Source of the DNA: Hydrolagus affinis | Taxonomy: Eukaryota | Direction: 5' to 3' | DNA: 64,000 nucleotides | Assembly (NCBI GenBank): GCA_012026655.1 | Contig: JAAILG010000136.1 | Location: forward strand, 62,001 to 126,000 | Shown: positions 25,334-37,470 of the stretch, one piece after another | Numbering within the stretch: position 1 is the first letter of the stretch | Layout of the letters: the number at the start of each line of letters is the position of its first letter | Made by a program: the position numbers and the translations under genes | The notes under the pieces: generated by a model | Databases searched by the model: none | What the model was told of the DNA's origin: nothing | Seen by the model: the letters and a program-made list of their open reading frames with translations, nothing else

Positions 25334-26167
25334 GCAGTTCAATTTTACACTCTCCAATGACTTTAATGTCATTCCAACTCCAATCTAAACCATCCAAATG
25401 ATCAGTCAGTCAATGGCTATTTACTGCAACACATTTCATACCAACTATCATGGTCGAACCAAAAAATGATGACAACAATAACAACAAAATTACATTTGTA
25501 GAGCGCCTTTCACGTCGGGAGGACGTCCCAAGGCGCTGATAAATAAAATCCTGCAGCTATAAAATACACTTATTTAATCTAGCTGTGCATCCGTTTCTTT
25601 ATAAAATCGTTAAGCGATGAATTAATTATCGTGCTGTCTAAACATCAATTCCTATCTCTCTCAGTGTAAATGTATAATTTATCATTGTATTTTCTTTGTG
25701 TCATTTCCCAATGCGGTTCATCAGCCTACATACTTGTGAATTCCTCTTTAAAGGTCATGGGGCTCATTTCTAGTCAATTATATTCATTAAATCATTAGCT
25801 GTTGACTGACATTAAACTTCCTAACATCATACGACCCAATGGAAATAGTTTGGCTCCGCAAATGCTACCAATTTACCAGCAAGTGAAAAATCCCATTTTT
25901 ACAATCTTTTATTAATTTTCTATTTTCAGATTCAATCGCTCCATATAGGTAGTTGTAATCTCTAAGATTTGTCCAAGATATAGGAAATTATGAAATTCCG
26001 GCACAAAGCAAAATTTTTGATAAATTTTACTTTAAGCCGAATCCATATGCAATACGATAGGCCCACAGTGAATTTCAGTCGTTCTGCCAGATTTAACAAT
26101 TATTTACAAATGGATTAATTGAGGTAGTACTATCGGAAGATGTTTAGTTTCAGTTTTTAGTACATTG

Positions 26168-26480
26168 AATAATAAAAATAATAATAATCCTTGCATTTCA
26201 TATAGGACGTTTCACGTCTTCTAGACGTCGCAAGGCGCTTCACAGAATGTGCTGTAATCTTTGTGGGCAAAACGTGGCAGCCAATTATGTACAACAGCAT
26301 CCCACAAACCGTCGTGGATTTAAATGACCAATTTTATGATTGTGTTTTTTTGGAGGAATTATTATTAGGCTTGTGGAGTAAGGAAACTTGCGAAGGTTTT
26401 GCCCTGACCTACCTGGATTTGAACACAAGTTTCACGCTTGTAAAGCAAATGCTCTTAACTATTGAGCTACAGGACTTCAC
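26168..26480 (-). mobile_element. Near full-length tRNA-derived SINE
   Basis: Reverse complement of the 14153 family, ending tgagctacaggacttcac. Confidence 0.9.
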
Positions 26481-28559
26481 AAATCTGGAAAGTAATGGTG
26501 CCTATCTGTCAGCAAGAACTTTGGGATTGTGAATTCTATTTCCCTGGATGCCCTGAAAATTACTGAAGATAAGAAATGTGATTACATTTTAAATTTGAGT
26601 ATTCTTCAGATGTTTTATTGGCTCACCATATTGCTACTATTAGTGTTTCACTTATACCTCCTATCCTTCAATATTTCTGAAGCAGAAGTTATTTTATTTC
26701 CCCCTTTCAGCTCTTTTCTCTTTATTTTGTGTGTTTTAAGTGTTCAGGGGTGCTACCTGACGTGTGGGGCGATATACAAATGAAAGTTGTTGTTGATTGT
26801 GGTAAAATGTATTTTATCATAGAAAAGTTAATGTATCTAGATTTTGTGTTATTGCCTTTTCTGTGCCAATAAAATAGTACGGTAATCTTTTCAACGTGTA
26901 GCAGTGAGGTCTCAGTAAATGTCATTGTAGTGATTGGTCTTTCTCTATGGAATTCATTAAACATTCAAAACTCTACTTTGAACATCTGATCAGGCTTCAT
27001 CTGAAAAATAAACCCCAAACTCTTTTAACGTTCCTTATTTATCGCAAAATATTTCATAAGGCTCCAAACAAAAATGATCAATTTTATGGGGTTTTGCAAT
27101 ACTAACATCCTGAACTTGAAATAAATAACAGGATTTGTTAAGCAGTACTGACATATTGGAAAAGAAAATTCGAATTGCAGTAGTGGATATTGCAAAGATC
27201 TGTGATTATTACTGTGTACTACCCATATGGTGTCAGCAAACAAGATATCATTCTGCAATCATTCAATTCTGTTTTTATCACTTCTGGTCATAGTATTGAT
27301 GTGCATTGCTCGATGCAGTTAAAGCAGTTGTTTTCGCTGTGCTTCTAGCAAAAAACTGACCCACATTTCTATGCAAACAGCAGCTCAGTGCTTAATTGAG
27401 ATTGGTATGTGATGCCGAGATTGTGTCGGATGCTTTTTACTGTTCAATTAGGCTTTCATGGGAACGGAAAACACTAAATCACTGTAGTGTGGATCAGAGT
27501 AATCTGTGCTGTTGATCCCAGGAAGCCAAGCAGATGGAAGGAATGCAACGACAAACAATACTCAAATCTATTTAAAATTTCTGGAGGACTCAGAGGATTA
27601 GATCTAAACTGATCTTCCATTCAACTCAGGAAATAATTGTCCTTCCTTTTCCAATTCTGGCTGTCTCACTTACGTGAATTATATCATATTTGGGGTCTGT
27701 AAAAGCAGAAATACTGATGTAATTCTTTCTATTTAACCAAACCAGTTGAACTGTCAAATCAAATGAATTCAACCGCTGGTCAGAACAATGAATGGAAGTC
27801 TGACTGATATTGTATGAGTCACTGTACGTTTTGGGATAATCGGAATCAGATTGTTATTCAGTAAACTTGCAGCAAACATCAATCTTTAAATTTGGAGTTC
27901 GCTGTTATAAGCATCCTACTGTTTTATAATCTGTGGCATTATATGTTGTAAACATGCAGCATAAAAACATCGGATGGAGGATTTTTTTCATTTGATAAAT
28001 AACAAGGCATTGTTATTTTATATGCCATATAGCAAACAACAACTCTGCCCTGTGCATTAAGTTATTTCAGAACATCTGCCCAAATATTTGCCAACAAATT
28101 GGGCAAGTATTCAGAGTTGTTAAGTTGTTTCTGGGGTCATATTCTTTAGGTGCTTGGAGGCTGTCTTGCACTTTCTAGCATCACAAAGCTCAATACAACA
28201 CATGTTAATATCATTCCAATTCCTATTTGAACCATCCAAACGATTAATCAATGGCTATTTACAGCAACACATTTTACACCGACTATCACAGTAGAACCAA
28301 AAAATAAATCCTTCATCTATAGAATACAGTTACTTAATCTAGCTGTGCACCCGTGTCTTTTTTAAATAGTTATGTGATCAATTATTTATCGTTGCTGCCT
28401 AAATATCAACTCCTGCTGTTCACGGTGTAAATGTATTCTAATATAAGCTCTAAGTGGTTACTTGAAAGGGTTGAAAATACATTTTGCGCTAATGTTGTAC
28501 TGCAGAGTGGCAAATGATACCACTGGGTCAGTGAGACTTATTTCGTATAAATCCGTGTC

Positions 28560-28900
28560 CCTTGCCCATGCACATTGTGTACTCAATGGGTTCCGACATT
28601 TAATGATTCAATATCAACCTCATGGACCTCCCAGCACAGGAGACCTAGGTCTTACATCTCTGCCGCACTTTGTGTTGCATGACAGTTGCCATTCAAAGCT
28701 ATCTGTCACTGACATTCACTGGCTCTCTTAACAGAGCAGAATGCTTTCATCTTGGGGGACACAAAACAACTGATCAGAAGCTTTAGCTTCGAGTTGCTGT
28801 GGTTTTTCCAGTCCAGGAAAGCGGGTTATATGGGCCATTTGAAGTCCATTGTGAAGTCAGCTGAGAGAACAGGGCTCTGTGGGATCCTGAAAGCAAACTT
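28560..28900 (+). mobile_element. Possible decayed Gypsy-like RT relic
   Basis: QYQPHGPPS (QYxxMPFGxxS), VLHD...LSVTDIHWLS (VYLDDILIxS), FFQSRKAGYMGH (CxFxxxxVxYLGH). Confidence 0.3.
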
Positions 28901-29034
28901 TCATCCAATGGAATACTGTACACTGTGCCTAAAGTAAAGGCATTGTCTGGAAGATATCACTCTGGAATTACGCCCAGCAAATTGTTACCGAGCTAGACTA
29001 CAGTGTAGAAATAGTACTGTACATACTAATTCAT

Positions 29035-29900
29035 TTTCGCCCACAAGATATTCAGTCAATTCACTTTACAGTACACTTTACGGTGAAGCGCTTTGAGATG
29101 TCTTCAAGACGTGATCAGACGTTATATCAAATGCAAAAATTATTATTATTATTACTAATAATCTTCGCATTTGATCTCGCATCTTTTTACGTCGAGCGGA
29201 AGCCTTAAAGCTCTTCACGGGATCTATTGGAAAATGTAGTGACTGTGCAGTTTGCAGGCGAATGCTACAGCCACTTTGCACACAGAAGTAACCCATAAAC
29301 AGGTATGTGACAAATTTTATCGAAGGAATGGTTGGCCAGGTCAATCAATGGGAGATAATTCCCTTTACCCCCACATATTATAATAATAGTAACGACAATC
29401 CTTGCATTCAACATAGTACCTACCATCGTTGAGACATCGCAAAGCCATTCACAGGATATACTGTAAAATGGATTAACTGTGCATTTTGTGGGCTGAAAAT
29501 ATTTTGACACACTGTCACAATACACTGACCCCAGTGAAACCAACCCACTGCAAGTGTAGTTTCCACAAGCTGATCAGCGGAGTGGTAGCGAGAAGCCATG
29601 AAGTACATGTATGAAGTTTATCTCGTGGCTAAAACTCGGCAACAAGGAGTCAAACAGCTTAGGTTTAAAATTGGCGGTGTTGTGGGTGTGTGTATATGGT
29701 TAAGTGGATAAGGAAATATCATTGGTTAGTATGAAAATAAATAATCCTTTCACATCTTCCAGATGTCTCAAAGCACTTCATAGAACATACTGTGAAGTTT
29801 ATTGACTGTACATTTTGTGGAAAAAATGCGGCAGCCAATTGCGCACAGCAGTGTCCCACAAACTGTCATGGATTGAGTGACCAATTTATTATTATTATTA
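29035..29900. mobile_element. Cluster of SINE fragments (one +, three -)
   Basis: Tail and central-domain pieces at ~29035-29160 (+), ~29150-29345, ~29378-29500 and ~29740-29900 (-). Confidence 0.75.
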
Positions 29901-30274
29901 TCCAATAATTATCTTTTTTAAGCTAAAACTTGCAACAAACCCAGATTACTTTTAGTTATTCGATACAAATTTACATGCATACAGCACCTTTCACACCAGG
30001 AGGACGCACCATTTGCATTTCTGTATGCATGAACCACCTTTCAAGTCGCATTTGGAATAAGCGTTTAAATGGTTTTGGAAGTCCTTGTGCATGAACAGCC
30101 TTTCCCAGCCACCTTGTAGCGAGGGGACTGTGAGAGCTCTCTGCTGTCTCTTCAGGTTCTCTGTTGCTGTTGCCAGGTGCCAACAGCAGTGTACAGTATG
30201 CAAAAATGACCCTTGACTCATCTTTCCGAAGAGAACAATCTGTGGCTGTCAGTTAATCTCAAGGCTGTCAGGAA

Positions 30275-30465
30275 GGGAATGATGTCAGTCTGGCGCTCAC
30301 CACTGAGTCCTAAAATTGGGGGTTCAAGCCCCACTTTGGGACCCGTACAGTCTAGGCTGACATTCCAATGCGGTCCTGAGGGTATGTTGTGTTTTGTCCA
30401 TCCTTTGGATGAGATGTTGCACTCGTGGTCCTGTTTACTTGTTCAGGTGGGCTTCAAAGACCCCA
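30275..30465 (+). mobile_element. Old SacSINE1/AmnSINE-like fragment
   Basis: ggttcaagcccca B box, tctaggctgaca, ggatgagatgtt...ttcaggtgg...aaagaccc. Confidence 0.55.
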
Positions 30466-32807
30466 ACCAAGACAGTTTGATGCCAGCTCTTTGTAATTCT
30501 TTGAACAACTGAATACTGACTTCAAAATGAAGGCTGTCTGAAATGTCACACACATTTTCAGGTGGAATTTCTCACCTGAAAAATTTCGGACATGCCCATT
30601 AGGGTGTTTTTTTGTGTACGGTTTGAGAGAGTTAATGATCACAAGATCACAAGATTGGTTTGGATGAAGAAGGCCCATTTGATCTCATCCTTACAGAACA
30701 TCCAGCCAACTGTCCTCCCATTACAGCATCAAGCTGTTTTTTAAATTAGTCCAGGATCCTTGTCTCAACTGCCCTTCCTGTCAACTCTGGGTAAATAAAT
30801 ACTTGCTGGGGTCTGTCCTGAAATTACCCAGCACAATTCTAAACCATTGTCCTCTTGTTTTTGCTGTCTTAGTGCGGCTGTGCACTTATAGTTTACAATG
30901 CATTGGTAAAACTCTCCTAAAGGTTTAGCGTTTATTCGGTGTTTGGCTGAGACAACGATACTGAGACAGTCCCTGGTTTGTTCTCTGTCCTGTGCTGTGT
31001 TGGCAGATCTCAGCCCAGATGGCAATGGGAGCGCTAAATAAATCAATAATCAAATAATATTATAGTAATCATTAAATTTTGTTGTAATCACAATAATAAA
31101 ATCAACAGCTGCAAGCCTAACTGTTATTAACAAAAGTGTTTGGTTAACCGTAAAACACTTATGCCATAGTTTCATTCAAGGTATTTGTTGATGTGCTTTA
31201 TCTACACCAAGATAATAAAAGTGAGCCAGGTAATGCTTGCCTGTTATAAATTCACGTGACTTTGTATAATTACACAAAGTGAAGCAGGAAAGTGAGCAAA
31301 ATGGTAGATCCGTCATATGCTGGTGGATTGCCTTTACGCTGAATTTTATCTCGCAAACTGCTTTCAAATAGAAATGTTTCCTCAAATAGCTTCGGGCCTT
31401 CAATCTGTCTTCTGAGATGGAATCACAAGATCACAAAGAAAGGTTCAGGAGAGGAAGGCTCTTTGAACCATTTGACCTAATTCTTCCAGAAACACCACCT
31501 ACCAACTTCTCCTCACAGCATCAAGCTATTTTTTAAAAAGCATCCGGCCTCCTGGTCTCAACCATTCTTCATTACCCTTTTTGCTGTAATTGTCCTTTGC
31601 AAACCTAAACCTATGTGTTTGTGTTCTGCTGTCTCACTGCTGTATTTGGTGCAGGAGGACAAAGCTAACGGAGCCAAAGGGGCTGGTAAAGAAGTCAGGT
31701 GTTAGTAGGTTGGAGAGATCGGGAGGTGCCAGGGAATTAAGTGATTTGTGCCAGTTACCAGAGGATGAAGGAAGGTGCCAGGGTATGAGACAATTAAAAT
31801 GTTATACACCTCTACGGTCCCCTCTGAGATGTTTCTTTGCAAGGCATCACCTGCATCAACAGCTGAGCACCCGAAAACGCGATCATGTGTGTTCTGGTTG
31901 GAGGAGGCAATCCACATGCCTGGATAAATGTACTGTTGATCTTTTATAATGGACTGAAAGCTTAGTCCCCGCACCTGGGCTAAACACAGCATGCGAACGC
32001 ATCTGCGGAAGCCATTTATATCAACGACACACACATGCTGTCACCGTTGGAAGCGGCCTCATTTATATTTCAGCACTGCCGTCGAAGATGTGGCTGGTGT
32101 TAGCTGCAGTGCTGTAAAGCGACAGAGGCATGTTCACTGGATCCACACCAACGGAGAAATGCTGAATTCTTCTTAAAAGAAAGTCCTCGCCGCCGCCTTC
32201 ATAACAGATCGTAGCAAAACGCCAGTAATCCCAATTAACCCCGGTTGAGAGATTTGATGTTGTTACTTTTTGCCAGTTTTGCCACGTGATCAGTCTTTGT
32301 ACATTATAAATGATATGAAACGACTCGCCTGTTGTTAAATCTTACCCCGCTTCTCCTCTCCCCAAACCCTTTGATTTTCTTCTCCCTGTATTGCGGTTGA
32401 ATCAGTTTCCTTCTGTCACTTTTCACTGTTCTCTCTATCCCCCACTAAATCTGCTCAGCTGCCTGCCTCAAATCCAGTGATCCCTTGACTGATTATGTGA
32501 TCATTTAATGCATCCTGTGGCAAAATCTCATTGTGAGAGCTGAGTAATGCAGAAGGATTGAATCTTCTCCAATACAATAATTGACTTCAACTTCCTCACA
32601 AATACATCCACAAATCCATCTTCGTGTCAATAATAAAGAATGGAAACTGAAATTGAATTCGGCGTTGTCCAGAACTCCAAAAACAGACAGAAGCGCCTTC
32701 ATAACTTTAGTAAATGAATAAGGAGACTTGTTGGTGGCTTTTTACAATTCTAATATATAATAAGATTGCTATTTCTTTTTGTAGCTTTCCATAGCTTTGT
32801 TGAACAA

Positions 32808-33013
32808 AATTTCCTTACTCCACATGCCTGATAATAACCCCAAAATAATTTTTTAAAGAATTTGTTCACTCAATCCACGACTGTTTGTGGGACACTGCTG
32901 CGTGCGATTGGGTGACATGTTTTGCTCACAAATATACAGTCAATTCACTTCACAGTATATTCAGTGAAGCACTTTGAGGTGTCTAGAAGATGTGAAAAGC
33001 ATTATATCAAATG
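32808..33013 (+). mobile_element. 5'-truncated SINE
   Basis: ttccttactccacatgcc...tgtttgtgggacactgctg...aaagcattatatcaaatg. Confidence 0.85.
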
Positions 33014-33373
33014 ACGAAAATGTCTAACAGCCAGTCAGTCAGCCACGAGGCAAATAATGCAAAGTAAGAACGTCGATCCTGACAATTGCGTAACAATGGA
33101 TGTGGTTTGTTATTGTCATACACAGTGACCCATAAAACATACTCCACGCAGGTCACCATCCTTCTAAGCGTTGAATTCCAAGAGAACATTTAGACAATTC
33201 AGGCGGAAAATCTGTGCTACAGAAGCCTCGCTCGAGGAAAATATGGAAACGGGTTCTATTCCTCTGCCTCCAATTATCAGTCTTCTCTGATACACTAACC
33301 GCCTTTGTCAAGTCAAAGTGGCCTTTCCCAATGGGCCTCACAACCTCGCCATTTGTTTGGAGCCCTTAGAAAG

Positions 33374-33419
33374 AGAGAGATAGAGAGAGAGATGAAGAGA
33401 GAGAGAGAGATAGAGAGAG
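33374..33419. repeat. Imperfect (GA)n microsatellite
   Basis: gagagagatagagagagagatgaagagagagagagagatagagagag. Confidence 0.85.
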
Positions 33420-34379
33420 GTTCGGGATTATCTGACCAAACCTTGTTCAGTGATCCTGTTCCATCAGCTGAGTGTTTGTATCCCACACGGTGTATGCACA
33501 TGCTCAGTATGTGTCTCCCCACTACCAGAAGGACCAGAAGGATGAATCTTATCCAATTACTTGGGCTTCAGAACACAAGTGAATTACTGTACTCTATATG
33601 CAGAGCACTGAAATGCAAATTCACTAAATAAATCATTAAACACGATACGATAAAAACGTTTGCAATCTGACATCCTTGGAAATCTTCAATGTACTCAGTG
33701 AATGCCCATCTCCATGATTTATGTTTGCAGCAAGGATAGATATAAAATAACTTTGTATTTTCTGTCTCATTTCCTATATTTCTCTTTTCACAGGCAGCTC
33801 TTGTTAAGTTATCATGTTAAGCAACTGGCAACATTGAGATTAAAAAATAGAAAAGTCGTTCAGAGAAAAATTCTGCTGTGGATGGCTCACAGGTGGTGTG
33901 TTTCAGGATGTGAACGTGCCTGAAAGGATCGTTACCTTAAGATATTGAATACTGTTGATTGCATGTCTATGAGCTTGTTGCAGTGCAGCAAGAAGTCCCG
34001 GCTCATTTCATTTCAAATAATGCAGAAAAGGAGTATTTCTGAAAGTCTAGTGGTTCCATCTCAGCTTTATTAGGAAATTCTAAGTTGAGATGATACAAGA
34101 ACAAAGTAAAGCACTCCAAGATTTACTACCAACCGAATGGGGGTGGGGTGGAAGAAAAGGAATAGAATATTTATACAGACAGCAGTTCAGTAATAATAAT
34201 CCTTAGATTTGACAGAAAGCATTTCATGTCAGGATGGCGTTTCACTGTAAAGTCTAGTGACTGTGTGGATAGAAGTAAAATAACTTTGTGGAGCTTCACA
34301 CTGTAAAGTGGATTAACTGTACATTTTGTTTCAATCGCTTTTATTTTTTCTGCCCTTTACCGCATTTCACAATGAATGA

Positions 34380-34530
34380 CTCATAAAATTGTAGAATTAT
34401 ACAGCACAGAAGGAGGCCATTTGGCCCATCATGTCTGTGCTGGCTCTTTGAAAAGAGCTGTCCAAATCAATCTCACGCCCCCACTCTCTCCACATAGCCC
34501 TGCAAACTTATCCTCCCTAAACAATTATCT
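34380..34530 (-). mobile_element. CR1 LINE 3' end
   Basis: tacagcacagaaggaggccatttggcccatc...ctctttgaaaagagc, as at 18893 and 24143. Confidence 0.75.
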
Positions 34531-35845
34531 AACTCATCAGACCCATCCATCACACATGTTTGTGTCCAAGACTGTTTGTGGGACACTGCTGTGGGCAATT
34601 GGCTGCCGTGTTTTGCCCACAAATATACAGTATTTAGCCTAGAGGAGCCTAGAGTATAATTTCAGTTCTAATGATGGATTTTGCACAAAACATCAACCTT
34701 CTATTCTCATCAGATGCCAATTCACCTGAAGTCGATTTTCTGTGTTCTCCGATTCGGTTGCAGATTTGTAGCATTCAGTCTACCGTTCTATTGTTTTTTA
34801 AACTCTGTTTATCTGGACTCAACTGCTATTTTCATCAAATCCATATGAAGTTCTACCAGAGCATGAAGGAAGGCTGAAAAAATGTTATGCGGACACACCA
34901 TCAATTCAAATCAGGTGAATCCTGAAGAGATGATAGTCACGGCAGCGTACCTGGGAGAGCAGAGAAATGTTTGAGAGGATTGCGAGATCTATGACTTGAT
35001 TTTTATAGCCACTTCTGAGGTGTATGCATGTTCAGAAACTGAAAAAGGGTAAGAGTGCAATCTGATTTTGCACACTGTACATGTAAAACATTGTCACCCA
35101 GTGTTGGAGTGACACACCTTGATGCTATTATATCAAGTCATATTATTTTCTGGCACCTCTAACTCATCAAGATAAATTAAGGTACAGCACCATCTGTCTA
35201 CACACAAAAGGTTGGCGTACATGTATAATTAGACTTGCAAATGATTATTCGGTACGGAGCAAACGGATTGAGTTTTGTGTGCGAAACGGCGAAAGGTAAT
35301 CTTCTCGCTCCTCGGGAATCGGAGGGGTTAAAAAAGGAGGAAAGTGAAAGGAGAAAAAATGGATAGAATCAAGAACAGCGCTGAGACGAAATCTGACTGC
35401 ATAGATCTTGCAGGGTAAAGAACGGGGAGAAGGCATTAACCAAGAGAAGGGACGCCAACGAAAACATAATTGTACAGTACACCTGCGTTGAAAAATAACA
35501 ACAAAACTGCAAATTGCTTCTATTAAAATCGCACTTTTCCCATCAGGAAGAGGACGCCCGAAACACAGAGCGTAAAACGTTTTTAATTCTATTTGCGGCG
35601 TGCTGTGCGAGTGGGCAGTGTTGCCAGTCAGTGGGTCCCTGGCCCTGGAACCTGTAACCTTGACCCAGTGGGTAGAAGCCGGCCATTCCTTGAACCATAA
35701 ACGCGGATAGAAGTGGATTATCTGAACAGGTTGCATTTTAAAGATGGGGGAGCGGGGGGGGTGTGGGTGTGGTGGGGAGGTGGGGGGGAGAGAGAGTGCA
35801 AGTGTTGCCTCCTGTTTGCAGTAACCTGTGTGCAGACTATTATTG

Positions 35846-35859
35846 GTTGCTAAGGCAAC
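35846..35859. promoter_or_regulatory. RFX X-box motif
   Basis: GTTGCTAAGGCAAC (reverse GTTGCCTTAGCAAC) fits GTNRCC-N2-RGYAAC; flanked by G/C extending the palindrome; adjacent CpG-rich tract. Confidence 0.5.
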
Positions 35860-36354
35860 CTGGCACTCAGACTTACAGCTCTGAATTCAAGTTACATGAT
35901 GTGATTGCTAAGTAGGTGTTGCTAAAATAGGAATAGTTGTTCCAACATGGGATGGCATTTGATTACAGTGTACAGACAGAGAAATGAGGGTGAGGTTGCA
36001 GTAATAATCTGCATAGCGCGTAAACAGCCTCTGTAATATGATTTTATTACAGCATAATTTTAGAGTACCCTCCCACGTGAACGCAAGCCCAAACAATTGG
36101 CGCTTCTCTCACCACGCCCTCTTTGAAGAAAACAAGACAGTAATAGATGAGGCAAAGGTTCATCTCATTCATAGCATATCATGATGTTTAGGTATCATAA
36201 TGTTTGTTTTATTTTATTTTATAAGCATCGGATTCGCGTCAACCCTTCCTACAAATAAATATTCTGTGTGTTTGGCATGGGGAAAATGTAATCATTTTTG
36301 ATTTGCGTTACACAATGTCATCATTCGCAGCCTCCCAGGTCAGGGTGTGAGATT

Positions 36355-36907
36355 GATAATATTAACAGTAATCCTTGCATTTGATGCAGCGCTTTCATTA
36401 CGTCTTCGAGACGTCTCAAAGCGCTTCGCACATTACACCGTAAAGTGGATCGACTGTGTATTTTGCGGGTGAAACGCACACAAATGTGGATCGAACGATC
36501 AAGTAATGCTCCCTCTGCTCTCCTGCTCAGTTAGCCTGCTGGCTGCACCTTCGTGCCCCCACCAAGAGCCAAATTCAAGTTCAGCCAATGGCAATGGAAC
36601 ACATGCTAAAAAATAATAATAATAATAATAATAATAATAATCCTTGCATTTCATATAGCGCTTTTCACATCTTCTAGATGTCTCAAAGCGCTTCACAGAA
36701 TATACTGTAATGTGAATTGACTGCACGATTTGTGGGCGAAACGCGGCAGCCAATTGAGCACAGCAGCGTCCCACAAACAGTCATGGATTGAAATGACCAA
36801 TTTTGTTATTGTTTTTTTGAGGGATTATTGTTGGGTGTGTGGAGTAAGGAGACTTGCCCAAGGTTTCGCCCTGACCTGCCCGCATTCAAATACAGGTCTC
36901 ACGCTTG
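36355..36907 (-). mobile_element. Two tandem SINE copies (tail fragment ~36355-36480; near-complete copy 36612-36907)
   Basis: (AAT)n tail 36612-36641, central domain, reverse head ending ggtctcacgcttg. Confidence 0.88.
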
Positions 36908-37082
36908 CTGCGTGAAGTGAAATATCCCTCGCAGGGACAAAAACATGAAACGGCCTTTAAGGCATTTGGACTCCAGATATACAACAGGTGTATAGCACTT
37001 CAATACTAGCCGACCTTGCTCCCAACCCATCTTCCAGATTCAATTAGTGTTCTTAAGGTAACCAATTGCTCGCAAGGATTGG

Positions 37083-37470
37083 ACAACAACAGCAACAAAA
37101 TTGCACTTATACAGCTCCTTTCACATTGGGAGGACGTCCCAAAGCACTGAACAGTCAGGTCAGGACCCAAGCGGGGGTGGGTGGGGGGGGAGGGTCGGGG
37201 TAGGAGAGGGGGAAGAGTTAGTGGGGGAGCCGAAGGCGCGGTTGAAGAGGAAGGCCTTGAGACCGGCCTTGAAGGAGGAAGCGAGGCGGAGGGGCTGCGG
37301 GATGGAGTTCCACAGTGAGGAAGCAGAGGCTGAAAACCCGGTCACCGATGGTTGGGTGGCTAGAGCGGTGGACGCGGAGCAGGCCTGAGTCCGCTGAACG
37401 GAGGGTGCGGGCAGGCTGAAAGGGAGACAGCAGGTCAGAGAAATAGGCGGGGGCAAGGCCGTGAACATAT
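37083..37470 (-). mobile_element. L2 LINE 3' end (young, GC-rich)
   Basis: Minus ORF GFSASASSLWNSIPQPLRLASSFKAGLKAFLFNRAFG is the L2 ORF2 C-terminus; (CAA)n tail. Confidence 0.9.

Noticed and set aside
31745-31805. Kunitz-like start DLCQLPEDEGRCQG...Y in ORF 31590-31949
   Set aside because: C-x8-C spacing fits, but the FxYGGC and NxF...C motifs are absent and exon phases do not fit a Kunitz exon; probably chance
35245-35736. Longest ORF in the track (163 aa, minus strand)
   Set aside because: No recognisable domain; length is explained by local GC richness
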